This document shows positions 59,835 to 64,000 of a stretch of DNA of 64,000 nt, piece by piece (position 1 is the stretch's first letter; every line of letters starts with the position of its first letter). This DNA comes from Oscillospiraceae bacterium. Lineage in GTDB: Bacteria; Bacillota; Clostridia; Oscillospirales; Oscillospiraceae. The position numbers were made by a program, and so were the translations under genes. Where the stretch lies: the NCBI GenBank assembly GCA_045595025.1, contig JAZNZR010000087.1:1066-65065 (forward strand), given 5' to 3'. A model generated the notes under the pieces. That model ran no database searches, was not told where the DNA came from, and saw only the letters and a program-made list of their open reading frames with translations.

Positions 59835-62174
59835 CTACTCTGCCTGTCCCTTTGCGAATACGCCCTCACCGGGTTTAGTTGTCATCAGCTCATATAGCTT
59901 TGTGCCTCGAGGGAAGCGATTCGTAAATGGCACCAATGCGGAGCCGTATTTTATCAAACCACAGCCTGCATCGGCGTTGGTAATATAGCTCATCTGCTCA
60001 TTGGAAATGTTAAGCAGTTTTCCAAGCTCCTCCCTATCCGAAGCTGCCTGATTGAGCATGACTACGAATTCGGAGTTACTAAGCATTGTGCTTGCCTGCA
60101 CAGAATCCAGCAGATACTCCACATTCTGCGTGATAGCGGTGGGGCAAGCATTACGCTTACGAAACTGACGCCACGCGGAATTGAAAAAGGCTGCTGAGAA
60201 TTCATTTTCAAACACGACATGGAACTCATCGATAAATACATGAGTTCTCTTCCCTCGCTTCCAGTTAAGTGTAACTCGGTTGAGCATAGTATCGGTGATG
60301 ACGAGCAGCCCGGTAGGCTTCAGCTGAGCACCAAGACCATGTATATCAAACACAGTCACGCGCTTATCCAAATCCGCATTGCTGCCATGGCCGAATATAT
60401 CAAGGGAGCCTGTGGTGAAGAGCTCTAAAGCTAGCGCGATTTCCTTCGCCTGAGCTTCAGGCTGCTCAAGAAGCTTTAGGCGAAGAGTTGACAATGTGGG
60501 TGTAAACCCGCTCTCACGTGCATCGCGATAGACTGAGGTTACACAGCGGTCAATGATGGATTTGTGCTGAGGTCCAACGCCATTTTTGTCTATCTGCTCA
60601 ATCAGAGACATTATGAACTGAGATTTGACAACAACGGGATCATTCTCGCCGTAGCCATCAACCATGTACATGGCGTTCAGCTTATCCTTACCACCTGCTG
60701 CAATCCTGATAACCGCAGAGTCCCCCATTGCCTCCACCAGAGGCGCATATTCGCCTTCCGGATCGCAGATGAGAATATCATCATCTGTATTGACCATCAG
60801 CATAAATATTTGCTGCTTTGTGAGGAAGGACTTTCCTGCACCGGGAACCCCCAGAATGATAGTGGACTGGTTCAGCAGGTTATCCTTATTGCACAGGATC
60901 AGGTTGTTAGATATAGCGTTTTCCCCGTAATACATACCGCCCTTCTCCTGAATTTCCTGCACCTTAAAGGGCATGAGCACAGCAAGAGACTCTGTGGTAA
61001 GAGTGCGGTAGGAGTTTATTCGTACGGGACCAATAGGAAGCACGGTGTTCAAACCATCCATCTGGCGGAAGTTCAAGGTAGCAAGCTGACACATGCGGTT
61101 CTGGGCAATGCTTTTAAGAGCCTCTGTCTCGCTGTCAAGCTCCTCCTTGGTGGCGGCAGTAATGACCATGGTTATGACTGTGACCATCATCTTTTGGTCG
61201 CGAGTCGTTATATCATTAAGGAACTCTTTTGTTTCCTTGCGCTGCAGCTCCATATCATAAGGAATCGTGGCAGAGAAATTATTATTCTTATTCTGACGTC
61301 GCTGCCAATTGGTTATATTGGTCTCCACGCCCAAGACTATCTTACCGACTTCCCTCACGGCCTCATCAATGGGCACGGGTGCAATATCTATGGATAGCAT
61401 CATGTCTCTATTTAGACTTGTAAGCTCATCTATTATATCGTCTTTAACATAGGATGCCAGTTCCTTGAGGAACAGAGTTCTGGCATATCTTTCGCCCACC
61501 TTTAGATATCCTGCGTGCTTCTCCATGCTGTCAGGGCAAATATAGTCACGGAAGTCATGGCCCTTGCCCATGGTCTTGGAGAGGTCAAAGTTAAAGATAT
61601 CGCTCTCGCCCTGGCGATAAAAATTATGAAGGGCCCGCAGCCTGTCTTCTAGTCCCAGTTCGACACAGCGAGAGCCCAAGGCCGCAAAGCGGGCTGTCAG
61701 CTCAGGACCGATTCGGGAAAAATATAAACGTGCCTCCTTTATGCTCTTTTTCGGTACGGAAACAGTAATAATTTTCTCCTGCACCACACCATTGCTGCCC
61801 AAGGTTTTCTCAAGAAGCATCTCATTATACTCCTGGCGGTACTCATCCTTTCCGTCACCTCGCAGAGGCATTAGAACAGACTCCTCAAAGTCTCCTCTGT
61901 TCATGCGATGATTATTGATGGTGATTTTGGTAGTTGCCTCAGGATCCAGTCCGTTCAAAATCACCGAGTAGTCAAAGAACATCTCCTTTTTATCCTCCAG
62001 AGATGCAACCTGATAGTTGATATCTGTGAACCTATAGGACTTGGAAAACTTGTTTCCCGTCCGGAATATACCATCCTTCCATACACAATCAACGGGAATA
62101 AGGTCCTGCACCTTTTTAGGCACGCGATACTTCACCTGCTCCTCCCGTTTGAGCCTTTTGATCGTATTAAGCAT
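59835..62174 (-). CDS. VirB4-like conjugative transfer ATPase (Tn916 Orf16 / TcpF type)
   Basis: 779 aa. Walker A GVPGAGKS, Walker B HVFIDEFH. Confidence 0.9.
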   Translation of the reverse strand: MLNTIKRLKREEQVKYRVPKKVQDLIPVDCVWKDGIFRTGNKFSKSYRFTDINYQVASLEDKKEMFFDYSVILNGLDPEATTKITINNHRMNRGDFEESVLMPLRGDGKDEYRQEYNEMLLEKTLGSNGVVQEKIITVSVPKKSIKEARLYFSRIGPELTARFAALGSRCVELGLEDRLRALHNFYRQGESDIFNFDLSKTMGKGHDFRDYICPDSMEKHAGYLKVGERYARTLFLKELASYVKDDIIDELTSLNRDMMLSIDIAPVPIDEAVREVGKIVLGVETNITNWQRRQNKNNNFSATIPYDMELQRKETKEFLNDITTRDQKMMVTVITMVITAATKEELDSETEALKSIAQNRMCQLATLNFRQMDGLNTVLPIGPVRINSYRTLTTESLAVLMPFKVQEIQEKGGMYYGENAISNNLILCNKDNLLNQSTIILGVPGAGKSFLTKQQIFMLMVNTDDDILICDPEGEYAPLVEAMGDSAVIRIAAGGKDKLNAMYMVDGYGENDPVVVKSQFIMSLIEQIDKNGVGPQHKSIIDRCVTSVYRDARESGFTPTLSTLRLKLLEQPEAQAKEIALALELFTTGSLDIFGHGSNADLDKRVTVFDIHGLGAQLKPTGLLVITDTMLNRVTLNWKRGKRTHVFIDEFHVVFENEFSAAFFNSAWRQFRKRNACPTAITQNVEYLLDSVQASTMLSNSEFVVMLNQAASDREELGKLLNISNEQMSYITNADAGCGLIKYGSALVPFTNRFPRGTKLYELMTTKPGEGVFAKGQAE

Positions 62175-62531
62175 TTATTTTCCCCCCTCCCTTTCTCCAG
62201 AATCAATTTTGCGCCTTACCAGCTCGTAGTAAAGATTGTTGCACCCACAGGGGTAAAATCTAGGCTCGACCAGTTCACTTCGAAGCCATGCCCAAAGGAA
62301 TTCCTCCGCGTTCATCCCCTGATATTTTACAAAGCCCAAGGCCGCAAACGGAAAGGCTCCTAAAATGCATATCCACGACACAGTATCAACTCCCAGATGA
62401 GGCTTAAGAAGAAAATAGAGCCCTATAGCCACAACGATTGCCAAAACAGAAAAAACACACTGACGCATAGATAATCCGAAGAACACGGACTCGCTGTAGT
62501 TGCGTATCTCCTTATTGATTTTAACTTCCAC
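62175..62531 (-). CDS. PrgI-family T4SS membrane protein
   Basis: 118 aa. KEIRNYSESVFFGLSMRQCVF plus two TM helices. Its stop abuts the virB4 start. Confidence 0.75.
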   Translation of the reverse strand: MEVKINKEIRNYSESVFFGLSMRQCVFSVLAIVVAIGLYFLLKPHLGVDTVSWICILGAFPFAALGFVKYQGMNAEEFLWAWLRSELVEPRFYPCGCNNLYYELVRRKIDSGEREGGK

Positions 62532-62532
62532 C

Positions 62533-62751
62533 CTATCCCTCCATTCTCAGGCGCTCTACAGAGATATAGAGAATACTGCGTTTTGGAATATGGATTATCT
62601 CGTTCTTGGCAATCTCAAAGCTAAGAACGTCCTCTGCACCAGCCTTGCTAAAGGCTTCTGTTACACTGCGTCCCAAACAAGCATCCATACTGTACGCAAC
62701 ACTCATTACCTCGCCATTATAGGTGTGCACATAATACATCTCATTGTTCAT
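62533..62751 (-). CDS. Small hypothetical protein of the T4SS operon
   Basis: 72-aa ORF packed between the VirB6-like and PrgI genes. Confidence 0.5.
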   Translation of the reverse strand: MNNEMYYVHTYNGEVMSVAYSMDACLGRSVTEAFSKAGAEDVLSFEIAKNEIIHIPKRSILYISVERLRMEG

Positions 62752-62771
62752 TTCCTTGTCTCCTCTCTCGT

Positions 62772-63608
62772 TTATATGCCAAGCATTTCATGAACCACAC
62801 GGTCCGCCATTTTTACTGTGCCGGTAAGTACCAGCATTCCGAAAACCAATTCTCCTACATATCCCCAAACCATTGTTATCGCCGCTGCAGATGGGTCATA
62901 GCTTGGCGGTGATGATGCAAATACTGAGAAAATAATGCAGGCCAGAACGATAATGGCCCCCTCAAGACATACCGCGGCGTAGCCCTTAAGGAAGCTGATG
63001 CCAACGCTCTGGGAAGGCTCTCCCGCGAATGTAGAAAGTGGTATAGGTGCAATCGCCGTGTACATATAAAGCTTGAAAAACCGTCCGTATACCGTGAGTA
63101 TCATTACGAAGGAGAGAACCCATATGAACAAGCCTCCTATCAGGGCAACAGCCCATAGGGGAATTGACTCGAAGAACCCACACTCCTCAATTGCCGTTAC
63201 GATTTCCTCAGGAAGTGATACCGTTTCAGGCGCGCCAAAGCCTGCTGCATTCATGATGTTGGATATAACGCCCTGCACGATTGTCAGAAGCGCCATCATA
63301 AGCTCCAGACCGTGTGTAATTAGCCCCTTTGCTATGGCGAATCGAACAAACACCTTCAAAGCGACCTCAGGCCTTTTCAAATCAGCAAAGCTACCGCAGG
63401 TTTTCATGACACCCACAACGAAAAACAGCACAAGCAGAGCATATGCAATGGCTTGAAGAGTCCCATGTATCCCAACTGCGATGCTCCACAATTCTCCACC
63501 GCGAAAGCTCTGCGGGCTTTGTGTGAGAAGTTCCCATATCTCGGATAGCTTTCTTCCCCACACATCCATTGCATTTTCAAGATTTTGGACTACCCAGTTA
63601 TCGGACAC
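62772..63608 (-). CDS. VirB6/TrbL-like polytopic T4SS membrane protein
   Basis: 278 aa with 5-6 TM helices, in the position typical of Firmicute ICEs upstream of PrgI-VirB4. Confidence 0.7.
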   Translation of the reverse strand: MSDNWVVQNLENAMDVWGRKLSEIWELLTQSPQSFRGGELWSIAVGIHGTLQAIAYALLVLFFVVGVMKTCGSFADLKRPEVALKVFVRFAIAKGLITHGLELMMALLTIVQGVISNIMNAAGFGAPETVSLPEEIVTAIEECGFFESIPLWAVALIGGLFIWVLSFVMILTVYGRFFKLYMYTAIAPIPLSTFAGEPSQSVGISFLKGYAAVCLEGAIIVLACIIFSVFASSPPSYDPSAAAITMVWGYVGELVFGMLVLTGTVKMADRVVHEMLGI

Positions 63609-63641
63609 TAAAACACCTCCTTGTCCTTGAAATGGCGTCTC

Positions 63642-63688
63642 ATAAAAATTTAGTCAAGTACGATTTGGCAAATCGTACTTGACTAAAT
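63642..63688 (-). terminator. 19-bp hairpin plus U tract between the Maff2 and T4SS genes
   Basis: ATTTAGTCAAGTACGATTT (63648-63666) / AAATCGTACTTGACTAAAT (63670-63688) with loop GGC. The reverse strand is followed by TTTTTATGAGA. Confidence 0.75.
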
Positions 63689-63714
63689 TACTGCACTGCA
63701 ATTCTTTCTGATAC

Positions 63715-64000
63715 TCAGCCAGTAATCAGAGACAATATCTCCTTGGCAAAGGTTATAACAATGCCACCAGCAAGCGTCAGAAAGCCGTTGGAGCGCTGCG
63801 AGGGGTCGTGGGACTGCAGAGAAAGACCGACCTGAACAATGCCCCAACCAAGCAGGATGAGGCCCACTGCACGGATCAGTCCAAAGATAAATGTGGAAAG
63901 ATTATTGACCACAGCAAGAGGGTCTCCCGCCGCAGCATAGGCGCTTGTTGCCATTGCTCCAAAAGCTGCTACCGTCACCACCGCGGCGGCATAGTGACGA
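63715..64000 (-). CDS. Maff2-family small membrane protein (5' end probably outside the window)
   Basis: ...AAGDPLAVVNNLSTFIFGLIRAVGLILLGWGIVQVGLSLQSHDPSQRSNGFLTLAGGIVITFAKE. The frame stays open to position 64000 upstream of the track's GTG. Confidence 0.7.
   Translation of the reverse strand, partial: RHYAAAVVTVAAFGAMATSAYAAAGDPLAVVNNLSTFIFGLIRAVGLILLGWGIVQVGLSLQSHDPSQRSNGFLTLAGGIVITFAKEILSLITG

Larger units (their letters stand above)
897..64000. mobile_element. Integrated element (probable ICE, or mosaic of islands) at the 3' side of tRNA-Ala; right end not in window
   Basis: Tyrosine integrase and excisionase lie 180 bp from the tRNA 3' end. T4SS/conjugation genes (CHAP, VirB4, PrgI, VirB6-like, Maff2) sit at 57.7-64 kb on the same strand. 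The cargo between them is accessory in character (TA, R-M, defence, sensor pairs). No second copy of the tRNA 3' end was found in the window, so the far boundary is unverified. Confidence 0.55.

Overview
The window reads as the integrase-proximal ~63 kb of a large integrated element, or a mosaic of adjacent islands, in a Clostridia-type Firmicute, inserted beside a tRNA-Ala(GGC) gene.

Left to right:
- A partial GntR/FadR regulator and tRNA-Ala on the chromosome side.
- A tyrosine integrase and excisionase, preceded on the same strand by a tightly packed 3-gene MazF/EndoA toxin module.
- An OmpR/histidine-kinase pair with an ABC-2 exporter, a lipoprotein and a surface protein. All three transcription units carry the same direct-repeat box.
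- An XRE / ArpU-like / LexA-like regulatory trio.
- Three separate BlaI-BlaR1 (M56 peptidase) pairs with very large non-PBP ectodomains and three different operator palindromes. They bracket an ECF sigma/anti-sigma pair and about 12 co-directional lipoprotein or secreted-protein genes, including a VanW-family gene.
- An AT-richer defence island: a WYL regulator, a 794-aa membrane protein, a CCA-adding enzyme, a type II R-M system (C5-MTase / double-HTH controller / MutH-like REase), and a 9.6-kb translationally coupled operon.
- Part of a Firmicute conjugation (T4SS) module: CHAP hydrolase, VirB4, PrgI, VirB6-like and Maff2.

The 9.6-kb operon encodes a 936-aa orphan protein, a 1708-aa DEAH helicase with an MrfA/DUF1998 Cys cluster, and a NERD + SF1 helicase. 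I read it as Druantia type III-like with an extra nuclease-helicase gene, and it is my best candidate for an undescribed system.

I saw no rRNA, CRISPR array or transposase. All calls rest on hand-read motifs and manual folding. No database search was possible, so family assignments are pattern-level only.
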